In this document: positions 46,872 through 56,659 of the stretch, piece by piece | Layout of the letters: each line of letters starts with the position of its first letter | Numbering within the stretch: position 1 is the first letter of the stretch | DNA from: Rickettsiales bacterium | GTDB lineage: Bacteria; Pseudomonadota; Alphaproteobacteria; Rickettsiales; UBA3002 | Length of the DNA: 60,860 nucleotides | NCBI GenBank assembly: GCA_049317085.1 | Contig: JBMOIY010000001.1 | Location: forward strand, 1-60,860 | Direction of reading: 5' to 3' | Position numbers and translations under genes: made by a program | Notes under the pieces: generated by a model | Told to the model about the DNA's origin: nothing | The model's database searches: none | The model's input: the letters and a program-made list of their open reading frames with translations, nothing else

Positions 46872-49800
46872 GGGGAACCCCTTGGGTGGGTGCTTTGGGT
46901 GGGAAGAACCGCACGGTGAGTGTACGTACGATCACATAGAACATCGGGGTCATTAAGAGGCCGAAACCGGTAACGCCGATCATGCCGGAGAAGACGGCGA
47001 CGCCCATGTCCTTGCGCATTTCCGAGCCGGCACCGGTCGCGGTGACGAGGGGAATAACACCCATGACGAAGGCGAAGGAGGTCATCAGGATAGGTCGCAG
47101 GCGCAAGTGGGCAGCTTCGAGCGCGGCAGCGGTGATGCTGCGACCCTGATGCTCCAATTCGCGCGCGAACTCGACGATGAGGATGGCGTTCTTACAGGCT
47201 AGCCCGACGAGGACGATGAACCCGATCTGGGTAAAAATATTATTCTCGCGGCCCATGAGCCAGACGCCGAAGACGGCACCGAGTAGGCAGAGCGGCACGA
47301 TGAGTATCACCGCGAGTGGCAGGCTCAGGCTTTCATATTGGGCGGCCAGGACGAGGAAAACGAACAGCACGCAAAGTGGGAAGACGAAAAGGGCGGTGTT
47401 GCCTGCCAGAATTTGCTGGTAGGTCAGCTCCGTCCATTCGTAGGTCATGCCTTTGGGCAATGTTTCATCGAGGATTTTGATGATGGCGGCTTTCGCCTGA
47501 CCGGAGGAGAAGCCGGGTGCTGCATCGCCGTTCAAGTCGGCGGAGCGGAAAGCATTGTAACGTGTCGCGCGGTCGGGGCCGTAGGTCTCTTTCACATCGA
47601 CCAATGAGCCGAGCGGGACCATGGTGCCGTTGCGACTGCGGACTTTCAACTGGCCGATATCTTCCTTATGCGCACGGTATGGTGCATCTGCCGACGCGTA
47701 AACGCGGAAAGTGCGGCCGAAGAGGTTGAAGTCGTTCACGTAGTAGGAGCCGAGATAAATTTGTAGCGTGTCGAAAAGGTCGGCCAGCGCGATATTCTGT
47801 TGCTTGGCATGCATGCGGTTGATGTTGATATCAAGTTGCGGCACGCCGTTCTGGAAGGAACTGAAGACACCGGCGAGGCCCGGGGTCTGGAATGCTTTTC
47901 CCTGAATCTGGCCAATGACGCCCGCGAGTGCATCGTACCCCTGATCGGTGCGATCCTGAATCTCGAGCTTGAAGCCGCCGATGGTGCCAAGGCCCATCAC
48001 CGGTGGCGGCGGGAAGATAGCAACATACGCGCCCTGGATGACTCCAAATTGCTGGTTCAAGGCACCGGCGATGGCGCCGGCGGACAGGTCCCCGGTGGTG
48101 CGTTCTTCGAATGGTTTCAGCGTCACGAAGACGATGCCGCCGCTGCTGCTATTGCTAAAGCCTGCGATCGAAAGACCGGGGAAAGCGACGGAGTTGGCAA
48201 CACCCGGATGCTTGAGGGCGATGTCCGACATCTGGCGGATAACGGCGTCGGTGCGTTCGAGCGAAGCGCCCGGTGGTAATTGCGCAAAGGCGACGAGGTA
48301 TTGTTTATCCTGCGCGGGCACATAGCCGCCCGGTACTTGCGAGAAGCCGAGTACTGTCAATGCTAGCAGCACCAGGTAGATGGTGCCGAGTAGCTTCTTG
48401 CTATGGAACGACCATTGAACAAGACGGGCGTAACGCTCCGACGCATTGTGGAAGAAGTGGTTGAAGCGCGCAAAACCTGCAGTCTTCGGGTCGTTATTTT
48501 TCGACAGGATGAAACGAGTGGTCTGGATGAGGCCGATCGCGAGTGCAGCGATTACCGCTACTTTAAAGCCGATGGCGACGACCATCAGCACCATGCCCGG
48601 GCCGAAGAGCTTGATGGCCGCCCATTTGACGATGAGGCCGACGAGGAAGAGCACAATCGCGTAACGCCACCAGCGCGTGGCTGCGAAGATGCCGCCGAAG
48701 ACGGTTTCCATTTTGCGGGTCAGCCAATCATGGGGGGCATCATGACCGCGCAGGAGAATGGCGGAGAGGGCAGGGCTTAGCGTCAGTGAATTGAACGCAG
48801 AGATGACAGTAGAAATGGCGATGGTCAGGGCAAATTGCTTATAGAACTGACCCGTCAGCCCGCTGATGAAGGCGATGGGTACGAACACGGCGCAAAGGAC
48901 GAGCGCGATGGCGATGATGGGCCCGGAAACTTCGCGCATGGCCTGATAGGTCGCTTCGCGCGGCTTGAGGCCGTTCTCGATGTTACGTTCGACGTTCTCG
49001 ACGACAACAATTGCGTCATCGACCACGATGCCGATTGCGAGTACCAATCCGAAGAGGCTGAGGGCGTTGATGGAGAAGCCGATCATATGCATGATCGCAA
49101 AGGTTCCGACGATGGAAATCGGCACGGCGAGGAGCGGGATGATGGAAGCGCGCCATGTCTGCAGGAAGATGATGACGACGAGCACGACGAGCAGGATGGC
49201 CTCGAAGAGCGTGTGGATCACCGCGTCGATGGATTGGTCGACGAAGCGGGTGGGGTCGTAGACGATGTCATACGTCACGCCTTCGGGGAAGTTGGCTTTC
49301 AGCTCTTCCATTGTTTTGCGGACTTTGGCGGCGAGTTCGAGCGCGTTTGAGCCTGGGGACTGGAAGATACCGATACCGACGGCGGGTTTGTTGTTGAGCA
49401 GCGAGCGCAATGAATAGCTGCTGGCACCGAGTTCGACGCGGGCGACATCCTTCAGGTGTGTCACGGCGCCTTTGTCGTCGGACTTCACGATGATGTCCTC
49501 GAACTCCTCGACGGATTTGAGGCGGCCTTGCACGTTGACGGGCAGCTCGAATGGAATCTCGGCGCCGCTGGGTTGGGAGCCGATCGTGCCGGCGGCGATC
49601 TGGATGTTCTGTTCGCGGATGGCATTGGTCACATCCGACGCGCTCAGGTTGCGGGCGGCTAGTTTGTTGGGGTTTAGCCAGACACGCATGGCGTAATCCC
49701 CGCCACCGAACACTTCCACCTGACCGACACCCGAGAGGCGGGCGAGCTGGTCCTTGACGTTGATGAGACCGTAATTGCGCAAATAGGTGATGTCATAGCG

Positions 49801-50256
49801 CTCATTGGGGGAGAGGAGGTGGACGACCATGATGAAGTCCGGTGAGGATTTCACGGTGGTGACGCCGAGGGCGCGCACCACATCCGGCAAGCGTGGCGTT
49901 GCCTGCGCGACACGGTTCTGCACGAGTTGTTGGGCGAGGTCGGCATTGGTGCCGAGTTTGAAGGTGACGGTGATGGTCATCGCGCCATCGGTGGTGGCCT
50001 GAGAACTCATGTAGAGCATGTTCTCGACACCGTTGATCTGTTCTTCGAGCGGGGCGGCGACGGTCTCGGCAATCACTTTAGGGTTGGCGCCGGGGTAGAA
50101 GGCGGAGACGACGACGGAAGGGGGAACGACTTCCGGATACTCGGAGATCGGCAGCAGGAACATGGAAATGGAGCCTGCGATGAATATGAAGAACGACAAT
50201 ACCGCCGCGAGGATCGGGCGGTCGATAAAGCGATGTGAAATATCGAGACCGGCCAT
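46864..50256 (-). CDS. RND efflux permease (AcrB/HAE1-type) with an extra central insertion
   Basis: 1130 aa with the IDRPILA N-terminus and VVDDAIVVVEN. About 75 extra residues lie between TM6 and TM7. Confidence 0.95.
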   Translation of the reverse strand: MAGLDISHRFIDRPILAAVLSFFIFIAGSISMFLLPISEYPEVVPPSVVVSAFYPGANPKVIAETVAAPLEEQINGVENMLYMSSQATTDGAMTITVTFKLGTNADLAQQLVQNRVAQATPRLPDVVRALGVTTVKSSPDFIMVVHLLSPNERYDITYLRNYGLINVKDQLARLSGVGQVEVFGGGDYAMRVWLNPNKLAARNLSASDVTNAIREQNIQIAAGTIGSQPSGAEIPFELPVNVQGRLKSVEEFEDIIVKSDDKGAVTHLKDVARVELGASSYSLRSLLNNKPAVGIGIFQSPGSNALELAAKVRKTMEELKANFPEGVTYDIVYDPTRFVDQSIDAVIHTLFEAILLVVLVVIIFLQTWRASIIPLLAVPISIVGTFAIMHMIGFSINALSLFGLVLAIGIVVDDAIVVVENVERNIENGLKPREATYQAMREVSGPIIAIALVLCAVFVPIAFISGLTGQFYKQFALTIAISTVISAFNSLTLSPALSAILLRGHDAPHDWLTRKMETVFGGIFAATRWWRYAIVLFLVGLIVKWAAIKLFGPGMVLMVVAIGFKVAVIAALAIGLIQTTRFILSKNNDPKTAGFARFNHFFHNASERYARLVQWSFHSKKLLGTIYLVLLALTVLGFSQVPGGYVPAQDKQYLVAFAQLPPGASLERTDAVIRQMSDIALKHPGVANSVAFPGLSIAGFSNSSSGGIVFVTLKPFEERTTGDLSAGAIAGALNQQFGVIQGAYVAIFPPPPVMGLGTIGGFKLEIQDRTDQGYDALAGVIGQIQGKAFQTPGLAGVFSSFQNGVPQLDININRMHAKQQNIALADLFDTLQIYLGSYYVNDFNLFGRTFRVYASADAPYRAHKEDIGQLKVRSRNGTMVPLGSLVDVKETYGPDRATRYNAFRSADLNGDAAPGFSSGQAKAAIIKILDETLPKGMTYEWTELTYQQILAGNTALFVFPLCVLFVFLVLAAQYESLSLPLAVILIVPLCLLGAVFGVWLMGRENNIFTQIGFIVLVGLACKNAILIVEFARELEHQGRSITAAALEAAHLRLRPILMTSFAFVMGVIPLVTATGAGSEMRKDMGVAVFSGMIGVTGFGLLMTPMFYVIVRTLTVRFFPPKAPTQGVPHA

Positions 50257-50257
50257 G

Positions 50258-51526
50258 CTAGTCGGCCTTCGGTGCGTCGGTTGCTGGCGCGGCTTCGGCG
50301 GGTTTATCGGCTGCTGGTGTTTCTGCGGCAGGCGTAGGATTCAGTGATTGCAACGTGATCATGTCCACTTCGCTGCCGGCGATGGGAGTGCCGGGGCGGG
50401 CGCGTTGCAGGCCGCTGACGATGATTTGCTCGCCAGGTTTGAGGCCGCTGCTGACGACTTGCAGCCCATCGACGATGCCGCCGAGGGTGACTTCGCGGTA
50501 TTCGGCTTTGCTGTCTTTATCCACGACCATGACGAATTTTTTGCTCTGGTCGGTGTTGACGGCGGTGGGGTGGATGAGGATGGCGTCGGTTTCATCCGCC
50601 GAGCCGAGGCGCACTTGCGCGTAGAGTCCGGGGACTAATGTGCCGTCCGTGTTCGGCAACAGCGCGCGGACACGGATAGTGCCGCTGCCGGGGGTGATCT
50701 GATTGTCAAAGGAATGGATAGTGGCTTTGGTGTAGGTGGCGCTATTGTTGCTGAACGCGACTTCGACCGGGATGGTTTTCAGTTTCGCGGCGGGTGTCCC
50801 TTGAATGGATTTCAGGAAGGTCTGTTCGTCGATATCGAAACTGGCATAAACAGGCGAGAGGTCGACGATGCTGGCGAGTGCTTGTGCGTTGCTTGGGTCA
50901 ACGAGGTTGCCAACAGTGACTTCTGCACGGCTGATTTTACCGGTAATCGGGGCGGTGATGTGGGCGTAAGCGAGGTTGATCTCGGCAGTGCGTGCTGCAG
51001 CTTTAGCGGATTCGAGCTGGCCGTTCGCTTGTTTCAGGGCGCTTGCGCGTTGTTCATATTCACTTTGCGAAATGGCTTTGCTCTTGATGAGTTTGGTGGC
51101 GCGGGCCATGTCCTGCGCGGCGTTGGCCTGTGCGCCACTGGCGGCGACGAGCTGGCCTTTGGCGCGGGCGGCTTCAGCTTCATAGGGGCGGGTATCGATG
51201 GTGAACAGGCCTTGGCCTTTTTTTACTTCGGAGCCATCCTTGAAATGAATCGCGGTGATCTGTCCGCCGACGCGCGGGCGCACCTCGACCGAGTTCACGG
51301 CCTGCAGGATACCGGAGAAATTGCTCCATTGGGTGATGGGCTTGTTGATAACAGTGGCGATGCTGACCGGCGGGCCTGCAGGAGCTTCAGCTGCTGCTTT
51401 CCTCGCATCATCGCCTGAAGGATTGCGCCCAAACGCGACATATGCGCCTACTGCAACAATGGCCAGAATAATAAGGGGTTTGACCGGGAATCTACGCTTT
51501 GGCGATTGAAGTTGCGACACCATCAT
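50258..51526 (-). CDS. RND periplasmic adaptor (MFP)
   Basis: 422 aa with a signal anchor. The coiled-coil/lipoyl/beta-barrel pattern is typical of AcrA-like proteins. Confidence 0.9.
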   Translation of the reverse strand: MMVSQLQSPKRRFPVKPLIILAIVAVGAYVAFGRNPSGDDARKAAAEAPAGPPVSIATVINKPITQWSNFSGILQAVNSVEVRPRVGGQITAIHFKDGSEVKKGQGLFTIDTRPYEAEAARAKGQLVAASGAQANAAQDMARATKLIKSKAISQSEYEQRASALKQANGQLESAKAAARTAEINLAYAHITAPITGKISRAEVTVGNLVDPSNAQALASIVDLSPVYASFDIDEQTFLKSIQGTPAAKLKTIPVEVAFSNNSATYTKATIHSFDNQITPGSGTIRVRALLPNTDGTLVPGLYAQVRLGSADETDAILIHPTAVNTDQSKKFVMVVDKDSKAEYREVTLGGIVDGLQVVSSGLKPGEQIIVSGLQRARPGTPIAGSEVDMITLQSLNPTPAAETPAADKPAEAAPATDAPKAD

Positions 51527-51580
51527 GCACTCGTGCTTTAAAGGATTTTACATCTCTATTGCGCTGCACCCTAACCCTAC

Positions 51581-51619
51581 TTGACCGTTCAGTCAATCGT
51601 TAGTTGACTGGTCGGTCAA
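51581..51619. promoter_or_regulatory. Two TTGAC-N6-GTCAA palindromes, candidate TetR operator
   Basis: TTGACCGTTCAGTCAA-tcgttag-TTGACTGGTCGGTCAA lies in the divergent region between the MFP and TetR genes. Confidence 0.4.
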
Positions 51620-51655
51620 ATTTTAGTATCTCAGTGGCATCAGCGCAGGAGATAT

Positions 51656-52315
51656 GTGCTGCTGGAGAATTGTTTGACCAAAGCGCCCGCTATTTCAAAA
51701 ACCAAGCGTAAACTGATCGATGCGGCGCATGCACTGATCTGGGCGAATTCGTATGCGCAGGTGAGTGTCGAAGATATCTGCCGTGAGGCGGGGGTGCAGA
51801 AAGGGAGTTTCTATCATTTCTTCCCGACGAAATCGGACCTTGCGGCGGCAGCACTGGAAGACCATTGGCAAGCGAACTGCGCTGATTTCGAGGCGATCTT
51901 CACCGGTGGCAGTGACCCGCGTAAGCAGCTCAAGATTTTATGTCAGGAAATTCTTGAGGAGCAGAAGGAGTCGCTGGCGACCACGGGTGTGGTCTGCGGC
52001 TGCCCGTATGCCATGCTCGGGACGCAGGTGAATGATAGTGGCCAGCAGAAGCTGCATGCGATGTCGCAACAGATGTCGGAGCGTTTTAGTGGGTACTTCG
52101 AGCAATTGCTCAAGAATGCCGCGAAGCTTGGGTACATCCCCAAAGCGGGGCTCGCCCGCACGGCGCGGGAAATGCACATCTACACGCTTGGGGCGATGTT
52201 GCAGGCGCGGCTGACCAACACGCTCGACGCAGTGGGGCCCAACTTGCATGCAGCGTTGCTGCGGTTGAGCCGGATGGACGTGCCACAGACGCAAAAAAAG
52301 CGAACAAAACACTAG
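51656..52315 (+). CDS. TetR/AcrR-family regulator of the adjacent efflux operon
   Basis: 219 aa with the HTH YAQVSVEDICREAGVQKGSFYHFF. It has a GTG start with AGGAG 4 nt upstream. Confidence 0.85.
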   Translation: MLLENCLTKAPAISKTKRKLIDAAHALIWANSYAQVSVEDICREAGVQKGSFYHFFPTKSDLAAAALEDHWQANCADFEAIFTGGSDPRKQLKILCQEILEEQKESLATTGVVCGCPYAMLGTQVNDSGQQKLHAMSQQMSERFSGYFEQLLKNAAKLGYIPKAGLARTAREMHIYTLGAMLQARLTNTLDAVGPNLHAALLRLSRMDVPQTQKKRTKH

Positions 52316-52398
52316 CCAAACCCGCGAAAATCGCCTATTGCGGCGCACCATGGGCGCAATGCTTTGCGCCATAACCTCCTAACCTGTTGAAATGTATC

Positions 52399-54219
52399 AT
52401 GACCAAACTTCGTAATGTCGCCATTATCGCCCACGTAGACCACGGTAAAACCACGCTGATCGATGTGATGCTGCGTCAGGCGGGCACGTTCCGCTCCAAC
52501 CAGAACGTCGCCGAGCGGGTAATGGATAGCAACGACCTTGAGAAAGAGCGCGGGATTACGATTCTCGCGAAATGCACCTCGATCCAGTGGAAAGATACGC
52601 GCATCAACATCATCGATACCCCGGGCCACGCCGATTTCGGTGGTGAGGTGGAGCGTATACTAGGTATGGTTGACGGAGTACTGCTGTTGGTAGACGCGGC
52701 TGAGGGACCGATGCCGCAAACGAAATTCGTGCTGATGAAAGCATTAGCACAAGGCTTGCGCCCGATTGTCATCATCAATAAAGTCGACCGCCCGGATGCG
52801 CGGGTTGATGAAGTCTTGAACGAAGTGTTCGACCTCTTCGTCGCGCTTGATGCGAACGATGCGCAGCTTGATTTCCCGGTTCTTTATGCTTCGGGCCGCA
52901 ATGGCTGGGCAGTGAAAGACCTGAATGATTCGCGCGAGCATTTGCACGCCATCATGGACGAAGTGGTACATTATGTGGAAGCGCCGGATGTCGATCCGGA
53001 AGCAACATTTGCGTTCCTCGTGACACTGATTGAATCCGATAACTTCCTCGGACGTATCCTCACCGGTAAAATCGAATCGGGTACTGCCCGGGTCGGCATG
53101 CCAGTGAAAGGTATCAGCCTGGATGGTCATGTTGTCGAGCAGGGCCGCATCACCAAACTGTTGTCGTTCGATGGTATTGAGCGCAATCCAGTCGATATAG
53201 CGGAAGCAGGTGCGATTGTATCCATCGCGGGTCTGAGTGAAACGACGGTAGCCGATACGGTCGGGGCGATCGAACTGCAATCGCCGCTGAAAGCGACGCC
53301 GATCGATCCGCCAACGATGGCAATCACCATTGCGGTAAATGATTCTCCGCTTGCAGGGACGGAAGGTACGAAAGTGACCAGCCGCATGATCCGTGACCGG
53401 TTAATGAAAGAGGCCGAGACCAACGTTGCTATTCGTGTAAAGGAAACCGAAACGGCGGATGCGTTCGAAGTAGGTGGTCGCGGGGAATTGCAACTGGGCG
53501 TTCTCATCGAGACGATGCGCCGTGAAGGGTTCGAGCTTTCGGTGTCGCGCCCGCGCGTGCTGTTCCGCACTGATGATGAAGGTAACCGCGAAGAGCCGAT
53601 GGAAGAAGTACAAGTAGATGTCGACGAGGCCTATTCGGGTGTCGTGGTTGAGAAGCTGAGCATGCGTAAAGGGAACATGACGGAGATGCGCCCATCCTCG
53701 GGCGGCAAGCTACGCATGAAGTTCCTCATCCCGTCGCGCGGGATGATCGGGTATCAGGGCGAATTTATGACCGACACGCGTGGTTCGGGTGTGTTGAGCC
53801 GCATTTTCAGCGGCTATGCGCCGTATAAGGGTGATATCCCGGGCCGTCGTAATGGTGTGCTTATTTCGAACGCGACCGGAGTCGCTGTAGAATATGCGCT
53901 GTGGGGCCTTGAAGAGCGTGGCTTCCTGATCATCCCCCATGGTGTGCGTATTTATGAGGGAATGATCATCGGCCAGCACAGCCGTGATAATGACCTTGAG
54001 GTGAACGCGCTGAAGGCGAAGCAGCTGACCAATATCCGCACCACATCGAAAGATGAAGCGGTGAAGCTGACCCCGCCGCGCGTGCCAACGCTGGAGCAGG
54101 CCATCGCGTATATCGAGGAAGATGAGCTGATCGAAGTGACCCCGAAGAACATCCGTTTGCGCAAGCGGTTCCTTGATCCGAACCTGCGCAAGCGCATGGA
54201 AAAAGCGAAGAGCGCTTAA
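52399..54219 (+). CDS. typA: Translational GTPase TypA/BipA
   Basis: LRNVAIIAHVDHGKTTL, DTPGHADF and NKVD motifs. Start set at ATG 52399 rather than TTG 52387. Confidence 0.95.
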   Translation: MTKLRNVAIIAHVDHGKTTLIDVMLRQAGTFRSNQNVAERVMDSNDLEKERGITILAKCTSIQWKDTRINIIDTPGHADFGGEVERILGMVDGVLLLVDAAEGPMPQTKFVLMKALAQGLRPIVIINKVDRPDARVDEVLNEVFDLFVALDANDAQLDFPVLYASGRNGWAVKDLNDSREHLHAIMDEVVHYVEAPDVDPEATFAFLVTLIESDNFLGRILTGKIESGTARVGMPVKGISLDGHVVEQGRITKLLSFDGIERNPVDIAEAGAIVSIAGLSETTVADTVGAIELQSPLKATPIDPPTMAITIAVNDSPLAGTEGTKVTSRMIRDRLMKEAETNVAIRVKETETADAFEVGGRGELQLGVLIETMRREGFELSVSRPRVLFRTDDEGNREEPMEEVQVDVDEAYSGVVVEKLSMRKGNMTEMRPSSGGKLRMKFLIPSRGMIGYQGEFMTDTRGSGVLSRIFSGYAPYKGDIPGRRNGVLISNATGVAVEYALWGLEERGFLIIPHGVRIYEGMIIGQHSRDNDLEVNALKAKQLTNIRTTSKDEAVKLTPPRVPTLEQAIAYIEEDELIEVTPKNIRLRKRFLDPNLRKRMEKAKSA

Positions 54220-54255
54220 TCCTTTGGCCATTGGGAATGGACGGGATCGGATTAT

Positions 54256-54482
54256 ATGTGGAGTTCGGGCCGCTTGGTTGAATCACGTCCAGGTTATGTG
54301 TGGGTGCCGGATCGCTGGGATCATTTCCGAATGGCTGGCGCTTCAATCGCGGGCATTACAAAGCGTGGCACAATCCACGCCCCGTGGTTGTGAACCGGGT
54401 GGTCTACAAGGATCGTGACCACCATGATAAGGGCAGCCATAAAGGCCATGACCGGCGTGATCGCGGGGGCGACCGTCACTAA
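54256..54482 (+). pseudogene. Small WxxGxW-repeat-like gene, apparently frameshifted
   Basis: ATG 54256 gives ...RPGYVWVPDRWDH, then the sense continues in another frame as FPNGWRFNRGHYKAWHN... with a His/Asp/Arg-rich tail. The shift is near 54310-54320. Confidence 0.3.
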
Positions 54483-54489
54483 CTCACAC

Positions 54490-55779
54490 TTATTGTTTTG
54501 CCACCGCCGCGGCCTGAACGCGCAGTTCTGGTACGGCGGTGGATTCCAATAGCTGGCCGGTGAGTAGCGAACCCATCGCATAAAGATGCGGGTACAATGC
54601 GCCCCATGCACGGTATTGTATATCCACTGCAATACCGAGGCCGGTGGCGTGTGGCTCGACAAACCCATTCGCAGCGAGCTGTTTCAGCAATGTGTTGTTG
54701 CTGCGGGCGAGGTTGAGTTCGAGCCCGGTGCAATTGATGATGCGTGACGGGTTGAAGGCTTCATTGTTTGCAATGATAGTGACTGTATCGCTTTGCAGTG
54801 TTGAATCCAGTTTTTTGCATGCGATAATGCGTACGGTGCCTGCAGCAATTTCGCTTTGAATGCGTTCGGCAATTTCAGGGGCCATGCGATGGCGATGGTT
54901 ATTCCACCGCGATAGCAGTCGTGCGATAAATTTCTGTTGTTGATAGGTGCTGAGGCGCTGCCATAGCGTCTGGGTGTAGGAGCGCAAGGCATCGACGGTG
55001 CTTCGCCAGTCACCCGTGGCAGCGATTTTTTTGCGCAGCAAACGTAGTAACTTGGACAAGGATTTTTTTTCGAGTTCGTCAGCATTGAAACTGCAGATTG
55101 CGGTGGGCGCAGCATGAACCTGCGGTAATGCACCGCTACGCGACGTAGCGATGATGGCACCAGTATACCCGGCGCGGCGCAATGAAAGTACCATATCGAT
55201 AGCGGTGAGGCCGGTGCCGATGAGCAGCACAGGGGATAACCAGCCAGAAGCATCCTTAAACGCATCCGGCGCCCATGGGTTCTGAACGATGGTAGGGGAC
55301 TTGATTTCCGGCAAAACCGGTTTCATCTCGTGCCCGGTGGCGAGGATGATAGTATCCACTGCGATGGCATCGCCGCGTTCAGTGAGGATGGCTTTATCCG
55401 GCTGGATAGCGGTGGCGCGGCTCGGCACGAGTTTCAGCTCGATCTGTTTTTCTGCGGCGAGCCTTTGCGTATCGCGCCAGATCGACTGGAGGTAGTTGCC
55501 ATAGATCTTGCGGGGGACGAAATCATCCGGGGTGTAATGACGGGTTGTTTCGTTGCGCGATAGCCAGTTCACAAAATTATCCGGCGCATCCGCGAAGGCG
55601 CTCATATTGTCGGAGCGGACGTTGAGGAGATGATCGGGGTTGGTGGTGCTGTAGGCGGTGCCGAATCCGGCGCTGCTGTCATCAATGATATAGATAGTCA
55701 GCGGTGCTTTGGCCTCGCGCACGAGGTTAACCGTTGCCATCAAGCCTGAGAATCCAAATCCGATGACGGCGATACGCAT
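54490..55779 (-). CDS. FAD/NAD(P)-binding protein
   Basis: 429 aa with an N-terminal MRIAVIGFGFSG motif and a second dinucleotide motif LLIGTGLTAID. Confidence 0.75.
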   Translation of the reverse strand: MRIAVIGFGFSGLMATVNLVREAKAPLTIYIIDDSSAGFGTAYSTTNPDHLLNVRSDNMSAFADAPDNFVNWLSRNETTRHYTPDDFVPRKIYGNYLQSIWRDTQRLAAEKQIELKLVPSRATAIQPDKAILTERGDAIAVDTIILATGHEMKPVLPEIKSPTIVQNPWAPDAFKDASGWLSPVLLIGTGLTAIDMVLSLRRAGYTGAIIATSRSGALPQVHAAPTAICSFNADELEKKSLSKLLRLLRKKIAATGDWRSTVDALRSYTQTLWQRLSTYQQQKFIARLLSRWNNHRHRMAPEIAERIQSEIAAGTVRIIACKKLDSTLQSDTVTIIANNEAFNPSRIINCTGLELNLARSNNTLLKQLAANGFVEPHATGLGIAVDIQYRAWGALYPHLYAMGSLLTGQLLESTAVPELRVQAAAVAKQ

Positions 55780-56114
55780 TAGACACTGTAATCAGCGTCG
55801 ATCGCGTCGCGCCGTGATTTGGGGATGCGCGATTTCATGATGCGGTAGACGATCTCGATCTGGTCACTGGCGGCGCGGGTGAGCAGGAAGGGGAAGAGGC
55901 CGTGGATCATCAGCACGATGGTGGTGTAAAGAAAGCGCGCTGAGAGTTTGACAGTGAACCAGAGATGCTGCGGGTAGGTCTCACCAGTGTCGTGCGGGTG
56001 TTCGGTAAAGGCGCGGTTCAGCTCGGCGGTAAGTTCGCGGGCCTTGGTGCGGTGTTCCTCACGCGTCACCCAGGCGACGCATTGCTTCCATTTCTCGCGG
56101 TACGCTATGGCCAT
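55779..56114 (-). CDS. Small hypothetical membrane protein
   Basis: 111 aa with one or two hydrophobic helices. Its stop abuts the downstream start. No motif was recognised. Confidence 0.5.
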   Translation of the reverse strand: MAIAYREKWKQCVAWVTREEHRTKARELTAELNRAFTEHPHDTGETYPQHLWFTVKLSARFLYTTIVLMIHGLFPFLLTRAASDQIEIVYRIMKSRIPKSRRDAIDADYSV

Positions 56115-56338
56115 GCCACTCTCCCTCGTTCACCGCGATGTAATGTGGTTTTGATGTTTTAGCAAGTCTGTGCAGCTGCAAAAAAGGATGTTTAATGCGG
56201 CTATGCTTATCAACGGGTTAAACTTTTCTCTAGCCAAGTCTGTTTTGGGTATGGTAAAGCCCGGGTTCGTCCCCGAGGTGGCAGGGAAAAACCAAGAACG
56301 ACGCCACCTTGCATGATTCACTAAACCAAGAGGTTACC

Positions 56339-56575
56339 ATGTCTGATACTGCTGCACGCGTAAAAAAGATCGTCGTTGAACATCTGGGCGTCGAGGAAGC
56401 AAAAGTTACCCCGGAAGCCAACTTTATCGATGATCTGGGCGCAGATTCGCTCGACACGGTGGAACTGGTGATGGCGTTCGAAGAAGAATTCGGCGTCGAG
56501 ATCCCGGATGAGGCGGCGGAGAAGATCCAGACCGTTTCGAACGCAATCGAATTCATCGAAAAGAACGCAGCGTAA
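56339..56575 (+). CDS. acpP: Acyl carrier protein
   Basis: [18 protein letters not shown]...[26 protein letters not shown] lies upstream of ATG 56339. Confidence 0.95.
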   Translation: MSDTAARVKKIVVEHLGVEEAKVTPEANFIDDLGADSLDTVELVMAFEEEFGVEIPDEAAEKIQTVSNAIEFIEKNAA

Positions 56576-56602
56576 GCTGTTTTTTTGAAATAACGAATTG
56601 AA

Positions 56603-56647
56603 CGAAGCAATCCACTTTTTCAGTAAAGTTGGGTTGCTTCGTGTTTT
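56603..56647 (+). terminator. Imperfect long hairpin plus T-run between acpP and fabF (attenuator/terminator-like)
   Basis: CGAAGCAATCCACTTT...AAAGTTGGGTTGCTTCG is followed by TGTTTT. Confidence 0.45.
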
Positions 56648-56659
56648 AAGGGAGTATTT

